NCBI GenBank assembly: GCA_043228905.1 | Contig: JBHGNT010000011.1 | Coordinates: 9,734,001 to 9,798,000, forward strand | Origin: Azolla caroliniana | Lineage: Eukaryota; Plantae; Polypodiophyta | Direction: 5' to 3' | DNA length: 64,000 nt | Shown here: one piece after another, positions 1 to 11,400 of the stretch | Layout: each line of letters opens with the position of its first letter | Numbering within the stretch: the first letter of the stretch is position 1 | Made by a program: the position numbers and the translations under genes | Notes under the pieces: generated by a model | Database searches by the model: none | What the model was told of the DNA's origin: nothing | Seen by the model: only the letters and a program-made list of their open reading frames with translations

Positions 1-95
1 TGGGGGAGTCTAACAGCATAATCTAAGGGAGGAATGATACAAATGTTAGGGTTAGAAGGCATCCATCGACATAGCACCGAGGATGCCATAACCAT
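1..95 (-). CDS. Possible 5' start of a gene running off the left edge (MVMASSVLCRWMPSNPNICIIPPLDYAVRLP...)
   Basis: ATG at 95 on the minus strand, open to base 1. The MASS start resembles a transit peptide, and the upstream sequence has microsatellites like the leaders of the other genes here. Too short to confirm. Confidence 0.3.
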   Translation of the reverse strand, partial: MVMASSVLCRWMPSNPNICIIPPLDYAVRLP

Positions 96-299
96 GGAAG
101 GAGCAGGAGCAGGATACTTGCTCTGTTCTGTTCTGTTTCTGTTGCTTAAGTATTATCTATCTATCTATTTATCTATCTATCTATATATATACTTATATTG
201 TCTCTTAAGAGGCCAAGCTGGCCTATAATATATATAAGACCAAAACAATGGGATTTTAGATCATACAATGTTGTCTCTACCTTTTGAGAACTCAGAAAA

Positions 300-1060
300 C
301 CAATACAAAAACAAATAAAATGAATACATTTAAGATTCTCCAGTTAGATATATTTTGTAATTTTGAACTTTGAAATATCTCTATCATGTAGCTCGATCCG
401 GAATGGACGAAGTCTCCCGTGTGCGTCAAAAGTGTCTAACATACATAGTTCATCTTCCTACCAAGTGATATTTTTGGGTTGATCCATGCTATCTTGTTTT
501 CTAGTTAATAATATTGGTTCGGATGACTTTATTCTTTTCCATTTTGGTCATGTTTAGATGGGACCAATCCATCTTATGTATTGGAATGGGGGTAGTGCAT
601 TTATGCTTATGCTATGTGACTCGATCCATTGTTGCATTTCAACATACCAACACCGAGGTTCTCCATGTTCACCAAGTTATTTTGATAACCATAAGTGTCA
701 ACCTTGTGTACCTTCCTTTATGGAGCTCCCAAAGCTGTTGGATATAGATCATTAAGATTGCTTCCATCTCCGCCTAGATTGTATCATGGAGCATTGATGC
801 TTGGCTCCGTATCATGTGTGCAATCATTAAGACTAAAGGTCTCTCTAAACCTTTCTAGCTATTTGTTGTGTTAAGACTTGCTCTCCACATTTCTATTCCA
901 TAGAGAAGAGCTGATGCCACGAGTGTATCAAATACTATAGTTTAGTTCGTGGCTCTTGGAATTGCAAATGTACACATTGTCTTTCGAGAGCACCAAGGGT
1001 TGCATATCAAGAAGATATTTAGGCACAATCAACCACTTGTAAGGAGAACCAAGGCCTTGT
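300..1060 (-). mobile_element. Degenerate LINE fragment (region C-terminal to RT)
   Basis: Minus-strand translation fragments HLQFQEPRTKL*, FDTLVASALLYG and MIAHMIRSQASMLHDTI*AEM match the LINE remnants at 10930-11360 and 17000-17450. Boundaries are approximate. Confidence 0.6.
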
Positions 1061-1963
1061 AATGTTGCTCCCATGTATGTGTGCAATTGATGGTAATGAA
1101 TGAATGAATTGGGGGGATGATGCTACTATGTATGTATGTACATTACAACTATTTGTGGAAGAAGCCCCCTTCCCAATACCTTCAATTATGTTTCTGAACA
1201 ATATGCAATGATAACACTAGCCACACAAATCGTGTGTAGTATATGTAAATCATTGTCTACTATGACGTTAGGATCATTGGAGCCATTGTTTGTGCAAAAA
1301 GAGTCGAGGTTCAAACTTGCCGTTGTGGCTGTTTCCGAAGCTATTACTTGTGTGTTTGGGTTCTGTTCACACTTTTTGCCCAAGTTTTTTTTTTGCTTAT
1401 TTCGTTAATATACACCATTAGGAACGGTTTTTTCACGCCAACTAGAACTTGATTTTACTTTATTTAAATTCTCTTCACAAAACATCATTTTGTCTCTATA
1501 GAGCATTTTATATGTGTCATTGACGAATAACCTCTCTTCTTTTTCTTACATACCCCCGGTTTCCTCTCTCATTGCTGCTTCAACATCATCTTTACGTTTC
1601 TAACAAGAACAATCCCTAGATAATTGCAACTTGCCATAAATGTTCTTATAGTAGCAACATTGTCGTGAAGTAAATACTTCACTAACAGAAATTCTAATTA
1701 GAAGAACAAATGTTTGACTTGAAGATGGGTTAACTCTTTAGGTGCAAAGGTCAGAATCTCAAATGTGTGCTATAAGCATTCAATACTGAATGTGTATGAC
1801 ACATCCACATTGAACCCTTCTAAAGTCCATTTAATAAACAAAAATTGGAATGTTGATTAGGTACTTTGCATGCATGCCAAGTGCCAACACCATGTGAATT
1901 AAATGGAAAAAGAGTCTACTAAGAGGTGTATGATATATATATAGATATAGTCTATAGATATAG

Positions 1964-2037
1964 ATTCTCAAGTAAATTGTAACTAAGGAAAGAAAAAGGG
2001 ATTCTCAAGTAAATTGTAACTAAGGAAAGAAAAAGGG
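1964..2037. repeat. Perfect 37-bp tandem duplication
   Basis: attctcaagtaaattgtaactaaggaaagaaaaaggg at 1964 and 2001. Confidence 0.9.
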
Positions 2038-2754
2038 AATTTGATCAACGGGTTCATGAATAACTAGACTTTACTATTGTACCTTGCATTTAAGGCTTTG
2101 AATATTTAGGGTTAGGGAGTCACTATTCTATATTGTACTTATATATATAGCTATTAATAATAATCTCTTGATGGGTGTATTTAGAATTGAAGGTAGAGGA
2201 TCAGGTCAACCAATTATATTTATTGATGCATAAGTCATCAAGCTCTTAATATAATCACTTCCCACTTTATTTGATCAAAATGTATGTTGAACCAAGCTCC
2301 AGTATACTTGCCATTATCTAATCGAAAGCTCGAAACGTCACCGCCATTCATAAAACTTGAAGTCAGATCAGTGTCATTGAAGCAAGCGCTACAAGGACCC
2401 CATTATAAATCAATGTCTTAACTATTCTTCCTCTCTCCTAAAACATCACATGCCTTAAGAGCACTCCTTGATAATGTTAAGCAAACTGAAAAAATAAAGA
2501 ATGGAAATATATAACTAGTTTAATACCAAAGCTTCGTAAGGTGTGTTGAATAACTAATGCTACAATGACGTGTGATACACATTGATTTTCTTTACAAGAT
2601 CTTTCAAGTTCCAAATGAAGCTGTTGTTCCATGACGCTTCGCGGTCACTCTTTAAGGGTTCTCCATTCTGATATTAAGTAGCTTGTAAGCTCTCAAAATT
2701 ATATTGCTGACCAAGTTTGCATGCATATTCATTGGTTCTCCAATATAGAGAGCC

Positions 2755-2901
2755 TTGTGCTTGAAAGTAGTTCTTTGCTATTATTGCACTGGAGTCAAAT
2801 GAGTTGGTTCATCTGACTTCATGACAAGGTTGTGCTTGAAAGTAGTTCTTTGCTATTGCAGTGGAATCAAATGAGTTGGTTCATCTGACTTCATTACAAG
2901 G
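2755..2901. repeat. ~75-bp tandem duplication downstream of the PPR gene
   Basis: ttgtgcttgaaagtagttctttgctatt...catctgacttcat(g/t)acaagg at 2755 and 2830, with few differences. Confidence 0.85.
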
Positions 2902-3122
2902 TCCGCACACTTCTGAAAAGAAATGCTAGGATTGCAATTCATTAGTCACTACTCTCTTCTTCAACTCGACTGGGAGACTCGGCGTCTACGATGGATTAGC
3001 ACCTCCAGATGGATTAGCACATTCAGTTATGATCCCTTCATCATCGTCAAGTTATAAGATGGACACATTCACTTCTTCATTGCCATCAGCATCATCATCA
3101 ATTGAAAGACGTGCAATATAAC

Positions 3123-6100
3123 TTAAGCTGCCTTCAATGTGTGATCTGAAAGATAGATTGCTATCCCATCATTTCCAAGGTCAGCATTTGCTGCCACTGT
3201 GGCAATCCAGAACCCTTCATCTTCAACTTTTAGTTTATTGAATATTTTTCTTGCTTCGGCAATGGGGCCATATTTCACATATGCTTCCACTAAAGTATAA
3301 GCCATTGATGTATCCATCTCAAACCCCCTTTTTAAAATATCTGATAGTAATCGATGGATTCTTAACTCCGCTCCTATACCACCACAACCTTTCAGACTGC
3401 AAATATATGTTACGACGTTAGGAGGCACACCATCTTCCTGCATTTGTTGCAAATAATTGATTATATCTTCTCCAGACCCACAACCAGCCATCAAAGCAGT
3501 CCAAGAGATAACATCTCGATCAGGAATATCATAAAATACTTCTTGCACTTCCAGAAAGCATCCAAAAGTAGCATACATTCGCATTAAACTAGTGCCAACA
3601 AAGGATTCCTCTTCGAATCCATCTTGGACAATCTCAGAATGCAATCTATAACCCTTTTCTACATCTCTTTGGTTACTACAAGCTTTCAAAATAGCTACAT
3701 ATGTCACAGCATTTGGGAAGATTTTATCTTCCAATTGCATCTTTTCAAAACGCTCTAGGCCTTCCACAATGAGCCCATGATCAATGTAACCAGCAATAAG
3801 GGTGTTCCATGAAACAATGTCCCGAGAAAGCAACTCATCAAACACCTCTTGTGCCCCTATTAGTGAGCCACATTTTGCATACATATCAATTAAGCTATTA
3901 CCAACAAATACCTCCTTCTCAAATTCCTCTTCAACAATCTTGCCATGGATTTCCTGACCCTTGTCTAGGTTCCTTACCGTGCCACAGGCTTTTAAGACGC
4001 AAACATAAGTTACAGCATTGACCGATAGGTTCTCTTCTTGCATCAAATGCAAACAGTTCAGTGCATCCTCAGAAAGTCCATGATCTGCATATCCCCCAAT
4101 CAGAATGTTCCACGTGTCTATATCTTTACGTGGCATTCCATCAAAAACCACTTGAGCTTCTGATAAGTTGCCACAACGACAATACATATCCACTAAAGCA
4201 TTGTAAACAAAAGAATCCATATCAAGTCCTTGTTTTGTAATGCCAACATGTAGTTCAATGCCTTTCATAATATCCTTCATATTACCACAAGCTTTCAAGA
4301 GAAGGACATAAGTTACAGCATTAGGTGAAACATCTTCTAACTGCATATATTTGAATGAGTCCAATGCTACGTCATAGAACCCCCATTCAGTGCATCCTCC
4401 AATGATTGCAGTCCATGAAACAACATCTTTTACTTCCAGTTGATCAAAGACTTCCCATGCTTCATCCAAAAATCCACATTTGGCATACATGTCCACCAAC
4501 ATGCTACCAACAAAAGTGTCCTTCTCAAAAGCTTCTTTAGCAATCTCATAATGAATTAATTGACCTTTGTCTAAAGAATCTGTATTGGCTGAAGCTTTCA
4601 AACCAAAAAGAAATGTGACGGAATCCTGAGGTATGCCATCTATCTGCATTTGCATAAAATGCTTCAATGCTTCTTCACCAAAACCTGATTCAGCATAGGC
4701 TGCAATAAGCGTATTCCACGATACTGTGCTCCGAGTTTCTAGCTTTTCAAAGACTTTCTGAGCATCTGCAAGTGCACCACATTCAGCATACATATCCAGC
4801 AAAGTGGTCCCTACATAGAGGTTATTATCCCACCCATCTTTAATGATCCTCATATGAACCATGTACCCCTCATTTAAATCCTTCATCCCTCTGCATGCTT
4901 TCAAGACAGACGAAAAGGTAACGGCGTTTGGAGATACACCTTCCAATTCCATATTATACAAAGTAATCAACGCCTCTTTACAAAGGCCATGATCAACGTA
5001 GCCAGTTATGAGGGCAGTCCATGATATTACATCAGGAACTGATACCTTCTTAAACACCTTAACTGCCTCCTCAGCTAATGCAAACTTGAAATACATATCA
5101 ATCAAAGTATTGGCCACCTGAAGGATAGTCTCATAGCCAGTTTTCACAACTCTCGCGTGAATATCCTGACCCTTTTGAATATCTCCTATACTAGTACATG
5201 CTTTCAACATGCATAGATATGTGACTGTATTCGGAATCACTGATTCTAACTCCATTAACTCAAAACAACAAAGGGCTTGCTCAGAAAGACCATATTCCAC
5301 ATATCCTGAAATCAACGCAGTCCATGAAACCACATCTCGGAAAGGAAGCTTTTCGAAAATCTCCCAGGCTTCGATAAGAAATCCACATTTAATATGCAAA
5401 TCTAGCAAACTATTCCCAACAAAAAGATCAGTCTCGATCCCCTGTTTCACAATATCCATGAATATTTGTCTCCCTTTCTCTATCCATTGCAACTCAGCAC
5501 AAGCTCTAAGCATAGATGTAAGCATAAACTTGCTGGAAACAACACGCTGATCTTGATATAATGAGATGGCTACATTTAGTTCACCAGAATCAACATATCC
5601 TTGTGCAACTGAACTCCATGAATATTCATTAGGTTGACTGAGCTTACAAAAGACCTTATGAGCATCAGTTAAACCACCGCATGCCATAAACAAGGGAACA
5701 AGATAATTACCTATAACCATATCTTGTTCGATACCAAACCCACAAAGGTGAGCATAGAGAATCTTGGAATATTCCAGATTCTTAAGCTTCCTATTGGATA
5801 ATACAAGAGAGATGAGATCTTCCATTGAAGGAAGAGGATGCCTATGCAAAAACGAGGCGATCTCTTGTGAATATTTGACTTTGCTTTCCAAAACAGGCGA
5901 GAGGTCTGACAAAAAAGTTGCTTCGCTGCTGAAAAGTGAACATATTTCTGTTGAGCTCTTCTTATGCTCATGGAGCTCTGTTCTGGACATGGGGTTTCCG
6001 TGGAAGCTTGTGCTTGAATTAGAATTGTCATGGGAGCATGTTCCTGAATGAGGTTTCTCTGCACGGACAGAGTCAGTGGCAGAAGTTAGGGCGAGGCATT

Positions 6101-6260
6101 CAGAATTACCTCTTTCAATTGGGAGGAGAAGCTTTCCATGGCATCCTTCCATAGGTTTGAGAAGCCAGGCAGTTCCATTGGTTTGAGAGGGATTATCTGC
6201 AAGCAGAAGTGCAGGGGAGGCTTCTGCTGCAACCTGCATAATCTGCACATACATCATCAT
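3123..6260 (-). CDS. Intronless PLS-class pentatricopeptide repeat protein (1045 aa), no E/DYW domain visible
   Basis: Repeated P-L-S triplets (DVVSWTALISGY, PNAVTYVCVLKAC, VGNSLIDMYAKCG) from about aa 160 to the end. Ser-rich N-terminal extension. The ORF ends inside a degenerate repeat. Confidence 0.93.
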   Translation of the reverse strand: MMMYVQIMQVAAEASPALLLADNPSQTNGTAWLLKPMEGCHGKLLLPIERGNSECLALTSATDSVRAEKPHSGTCSHDNSNSSTSFHGNPMSRTELHEHKKSSTEICSLFSSEATFLSDLSPVLESKVKYSQEIASFLHRHPLPSMEDLISLVLSNRKLKNLEYSKILYAHLCGFGIEQDMVIGNYLVPLFMACGGLTDAHKVFCKLSQPNEYSWSSVAQGYVDSGELNVAISLYQDQRVVSSKFMLTSMLRACAELQWIEKGRQIFMDIVKQGIETDLFVGNSLLDLHIKCGFLIEAWEIFEKLPFRDVVSWTALISGYVEYGLSEQALCCFELMELESVIPNTVTYLCMLKACTSIGDIQKGQDIHARVVKTGYETILQVANTLIDMYFKFALAEEAVKVFKKVSVPDVISWTALITGYVDHGLCKEALITLYNMELEGVSPNAVTFSSVLKACRGMKDLNEGYMVHMRIIKDGWDNNLYVGTTLLDMYAECGALADAQKVFEKLETRSTVSWNTLIAAYAESGFGEEALKHFMQMQIDGIPQDSVTFLFGLKASANTDSLDKGQLIHYEIAKEAFEKDTFVGSMLVDMYAKCGFLDEAWEVFDQLEVKDVVSWTAIIGGCTEWGFYDVALDSFKYMQLEDVSPNAVTYVLLLKACGNMKDIMKGIELHVGITKQGLDMDSFVYNALVDMYCRCGNLSEAQVVFDGMPRKDIDTWNILIGGYADHGLSEDALNCLHLMQEENLSVNAVTYVCVLKACGTVRNLDKGQEIHGKIVEEEFEKEVFVGNSLIDMYAKCGSLIGAQEVFDELLSRDIVSWNTLIAGYIDHGLIVEGLERFEKMQLEDKIFPNAVTYVAILKACSNQRDVEKGYRLHSEIVQDGFEEESFVGTSLMRMYATFGCFLEVQEVFYDIPDRDVISWTALMAGCGSGEDIINYLQQMQEDGVPPNVVTYICSLKGCGGIGAELRIHRLLSDILKRGFEMDTSMAYTLVEAYVKYGPIAEARKIFNKLKVEDEGFWIATVAANADLGNDGIAIYLSDHTLKAA

Positions 6261-6309
6261 GTCTCTCGATCATTCAAATTTCAGACCATTTCAGCAATCC
6301 TGCCTCTCC

Positions 6310-6342
<33 letters not shown>

Positions 6343-7900
6343 CATCCATCAAATCAATCCATCCTACAGTCTCTACTTCTACTTCCCTTCTAATTGAACC
6401 TCTCCAAAACAAAACAAAAACTCAACTAACTACTCTTTTGGACAAATGTGTGCCCAATATCCGGCCGTGTAATAATATGCTGTCCAATATCCGGTCGATT
6501 CAAGCAGGCTGCCCGTTGGAACCACGATCCGAGGATATGCTGGAAATGGATCCCTAATTAGGTACATAGTCCCAACCTCTGCCCCCAATGACTACTACTT
6601 GCTCAATACCTCCTTTTCATTGGGTGCATTGCATTGAACATGCATTTCCCATCGTGCTCATCGTAATAGATTAGGCCAACGTTAAGTTGGTTGCTTTGAT
6701 TTGGTGTTGAGAAGGGTTGATTTGGCTAGAGTTTATCAAATCTTTTAAATAAAGTTGCAAAATGTTTGTTACAAGGAGTGAAAACAATGCCTTTACAAGG
6801 TTTACACATGGCAATGAGCAGCTACAAGCACTCACAACCGTTTTTTGTTTTGTTTTGCATTATATTGCAATGAGAAAGCTCCTCAAGAGGTGGAAACCCT
6901 CAAAGAATGGATACGAGATAAGAACAAAGAGGTTTTCCTATACTCAATAAAAGTTAAAAGCATTCGAAGAAACGATGATGAAGATGCTCTTAGATGTCGT
7001 GAAAATATTGCAAGCACATCACAAAAATCACACACATAATTACATGCGTTGTGCGTCATACTTGAAGTTACATGTGTGGATGAATAAGCTTCACCAATTT
7101 ACATATTTGAACAAGGTACAATACATAAATCCTTGGTGATGGAGAATAGAGCAACACTATTAGTTGGGTAAGGATGGGGTCATGGGTTCAAGCTCCACGT
7201 GGTTGTGAATTGATCAATATTTGATAGTTTCAGTTGCCATATCTAAAATTAATTTGGGCACACATATTGAAACAAACTTGTCTCCAACACGAAAATGTGA
7301 CAAATGTTTTATGTTCCCCAATGTATGGATACTCATTGAGCAATGAGAATGGTAGACGAGAATATCATAACCCCACAAAGTGTACAAAATTTTAAACATT
7401 TTTCAAATAATTCATATCTATGCTATTCACCAATATTTAAAGTGAAATGATATAAAATAATAACAAATTAAGTTGATTTACAGTTTCCTAATTTGAGTGG
7501 AAGTTCAAATAAGATGATATATGCAATAAGTTTCTAACTTGATAGTGAATGCATAGGTGTTCTACATCATATATGAGACTTCAAACATCTCAATAAATGC
7601 TTATTTATTTTACCTTATTGAAAATTCAAATATATAAACAACATCATGTAACAATAGTGTGTGCCTTGCAGTGTTATGGTTATGGGAAATGTCTCAAGAA
7701 CAGGATTCATTGGCTTAAAAAAAATCATATTCTACCTTTAGAGAATGCACACTCCTAAAAAATCATATTCTAGTTTCATAGAGTTCACTCTCAATGTTGA
7801 CATATCAACCTTTTCTCCTCCACAAAAGATAATACGACTCTTTGAAAGGCACTACTAATCAACACTATTATTTTATGTTGTCTAAATAAATATGATTAGT

Positions 7901-8041
7901 CAATTTGACATATTGGTATGCAATTTGAAATTTAATAGATATGTGATCTATAAATTTGACATGTTGATAGACAATTTGAAATTTAATGAGATATGTGATC
8001 TATAAATTTGACATGTTGGTAAACAATTTGAAATTTAATGA
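7901..8041. repeat. AT-rich ~51-bp minisatellite, ~2.7 copies
   Basis: aatttgacat(a/g)ttg...caatttgaaatttaat(g)agatatgtgatctat repeated. Confidence 0.8.
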
Positions 8042-8405
8042 CATTGCAATCTACTTACCAATGATGCATCAGTAGATAGAATTAGCAGCACAAAGTCTTA
8101 CGATTGTGTGAAAATTATGACATTATTGTTTCTCAATGTATAAAAGGGGAAGTATATTCCTTATGTTTGGAGTTTTAAATCACACTTAAAATTGTCGAAG
8201 ACAATGCCACACAAACATTCGTATCAACAAGCCAAAAATACTCACTAATTGTATACGCTTTAGTGTTGATATATCGTATTACAAATTTCTGCACTAAGGT
8301 AAGAGAAAGATGACCTATTTGCAATTGGACATGCATATTAATAAAAAAAGCGTTGATTAGAAAATGTATTAAATAGTTGTGTGTATGTCATGGTCATGTG
8401 AAGGC

Positions 8406-11400
8406 TCAATATTTATTGAGATTCCGTGTAACAGTTGTTATGTACCGACCTTTTTCAAGATCATAGATCGTCTTCATATTGGGTCGTCGCCACCAATAAA
8501 AAATGAGAACTAATAATCCGATGACTAATGAAATGGATACAAATGAAAAAATGGTTTTGTAGTCTTCAATCATGTCCGTTGAGCTTTCTGTGAAGCCTTC
8601 TTCCCTGAGCTTCACAATAAATGCTCCTAATGCCCAATCCAAAGGAATCCTCCCAATTTGATTTGTGAACATCACGCTACACAAACAAATAATATGTCAA
8701 CAACATATGAAAATGTTGCAAAAAGCGCAAAAATAAACTTTTGGCACCCGCATTTGCCTTGATTTTAGCAGAAGATGACCTATTCATTATTTGTGTGCCT
8801 AATCCAATGTTGAGCATAGACACCATGACTAAACCAAGGAGTTCAGCAATACCCAATGCAACATTGTTGGTAATCAGCTAATTATACCTGTCACCGTTCA
8901 TCGGAAGACCAAGGCTGTCGTGCAAAAAAGCCACGATATATGCTGAGGAAAAGCAGTACTTTAAGAGGTCTTCCTTTGCAACACCTTTGTGCTTTTGCTG
9001 CAATGCCCTCCAATTATCTTCACAATATTTCATCCCAGCATGTTGAAAATCAGCCAGTGTTGCCTTTGGCATGAGGCCGAAAAACTGACCACACAAATAA
9101 CCATGAACAAAACATTGAAATGTCAGTTGAGAAACAGGATCAAATGCTCGGGAAATCTATTTACTAACGTTATCCACTTCTCAGCACATCCTATTTACCT
9201 GTGAAGTATAGAAAAAATTCTCTGTCGCAAAGAATTTCCCATTCAGCCTCGGCACAAAAGTGGATCCAATGGCACATTTCTGATAGACACATTTATCTGC
9301 ACTATCCACCATCAGAATAACTGTTAGGTGCTTAAAACTCAAAGCAAAAAGAAATTACAGAGATAGTAATCAATCACAATTATAAACATGCATCCATTAT
9401 AATATGTGCAATTTTTATTCTCCTAATGAATTGCCATCAAAACAGTCTATTGACAATTGATACTGCCATTATTAACAAAGGACTATTAAGCAACAAACAA
9501 GGCACACGATGAATATTAAATTGCTATCAATGCAAATGCAATTCAACCAAACTAGATGAGCTACAGAATCAATAAGCCCACTCACAATACGGTCTCCAGA
9601 CTTAATTGAAAATAACATTTTCAGAAGCGGAAAACAGAATAAGGAATGGACATTTCCCATTATTACTCGAACTTGTGCATTTGGGTATGGATATATCGAA
9701 AAGGAGAATGAATATTTACCTCGACCTATTCGAAGCAATTGCATCGCAATATTTCGACATTCCGAGAAATTTCCAGCTGAATCTATGGCCTGAGCTATGC
9801 CTGGCTCGACATCTTTAATAGAGGTTGAGATCTTGGCAAGCTCTTCAGAGCTCATCATAAATCCTCTCGGGGTACAAGGATCAACCACCCTATTAACCGA
9901 ATGAGTGTCTACAAAGTCACAATTTCAATATAAAATATGTTTATTAACAAAGTTCTAAACAAGTATCTTCTGCAAATTCGATACAACAGACAAGAATCAT
10001 GAACATAATACCTTCTTGTATGCTTCTAGAAAGCAGGAGCTGCAAAACACCATCCCATGCAGCTTCCTGCATCCCAACTAAGTACAATTTAGTGACCAAT
10101 TCAAATTGAAGGTCATGAAGAATAGTGAAAGGATAGTTGCTAATGAAAGGCCATGGAAGCATGATAGTCAGAATCAGAGAATTGACCAACCATACAAACG
10201 CATTTATTGATTACTCCTAAACTTGGTATCATAGTGGAAAACAATCAAGAGGAAATGGAGGGAGAGGCTTGCTAAAGAATGTGATAGAGTAAGTACCTTC
10301 GCATATTCATGCCACATGAATATGCAAAGGACATTTCTGTCTGGTTTATAATGAAAAAAGTATGTTATGAGTAACTTGCAACAAGAAAGAACCTTCTGGT
10401 TTATCACCACAGAATCTCTGCTTAAATTTGCTTGTGAATCTGTTTGAATAACTTTTAAAAGCAACCATTACTCCTCTTTTACTTCTTTGAATGAAACTGG
10501 CTTCCAAAAAGGATTTGCACCACTATTTAATGGAATCTTTTCTGCTATTTGTCTTCTACATATTGAAGGAAACTTGATCCCAAATAGGATTTGCATTACT
10601 ACTTATTTAAAACTTGAAAGCATCCACATGGCTTACGCTCACATAAATCCATCTTTTTGACTCCATAAAAGGTGAAAAATAAATTGATCAGCTACAATTT
10701 GGAAAGGCACAAGCTCATAATGGACTGGTCAGTGGGCACTTTATCTTTAGTAAAGCTATGTGTGAATGCCTACCAGCTGGACAGAATAACATTGTACTGA
10801 TTATTAAGAGTGGAGTTTCCCATGATACATATCAAATATATGACTGCCATAACTTGGCTAAATTATATGGCTCATTCTTAGAGTCAGAATTGAATACATT
10901 GGAAGAGAAAAATAGCTGTCTTTCATCCGAACAGGCAGGTCTGATTTAATGGATGAGGCATCAAATTACATATCAAGATGAAGAGGTTCAAGACAATGCT
11001 TGGTGGCCATAGTATTATTATATGCTGATGGCATTGTGCTGATCTCCGACTCTCTGGAAGAACTATAAAGACATCTAGATCCATTTAAATCATTTTGTAG
11101 CAATGAAAATTTATCGGTGGCACATACAATCCTACACATACCTAGGAGTGAGTTTCACAAGGCCTCATTTCTCCCTAAAGAGGCTACCTGTGCTTGACTA
11201 TCTCATGGATATGCAGCCTTTGGACCCCGTGAAAAACAATCTGCACATATACAATTCCAGGAACTAAGAGCTAAATTGTGATTATTAGGTGAACTTGTCG
11301 CACCGACTCTTCCCTATGGAGTAGAAACGTGTAGACCGAGCCTTCATAATTCATATAATTGGGAAGATTTGGATACATCTTTAGTTTTGATAGCTGCCAC

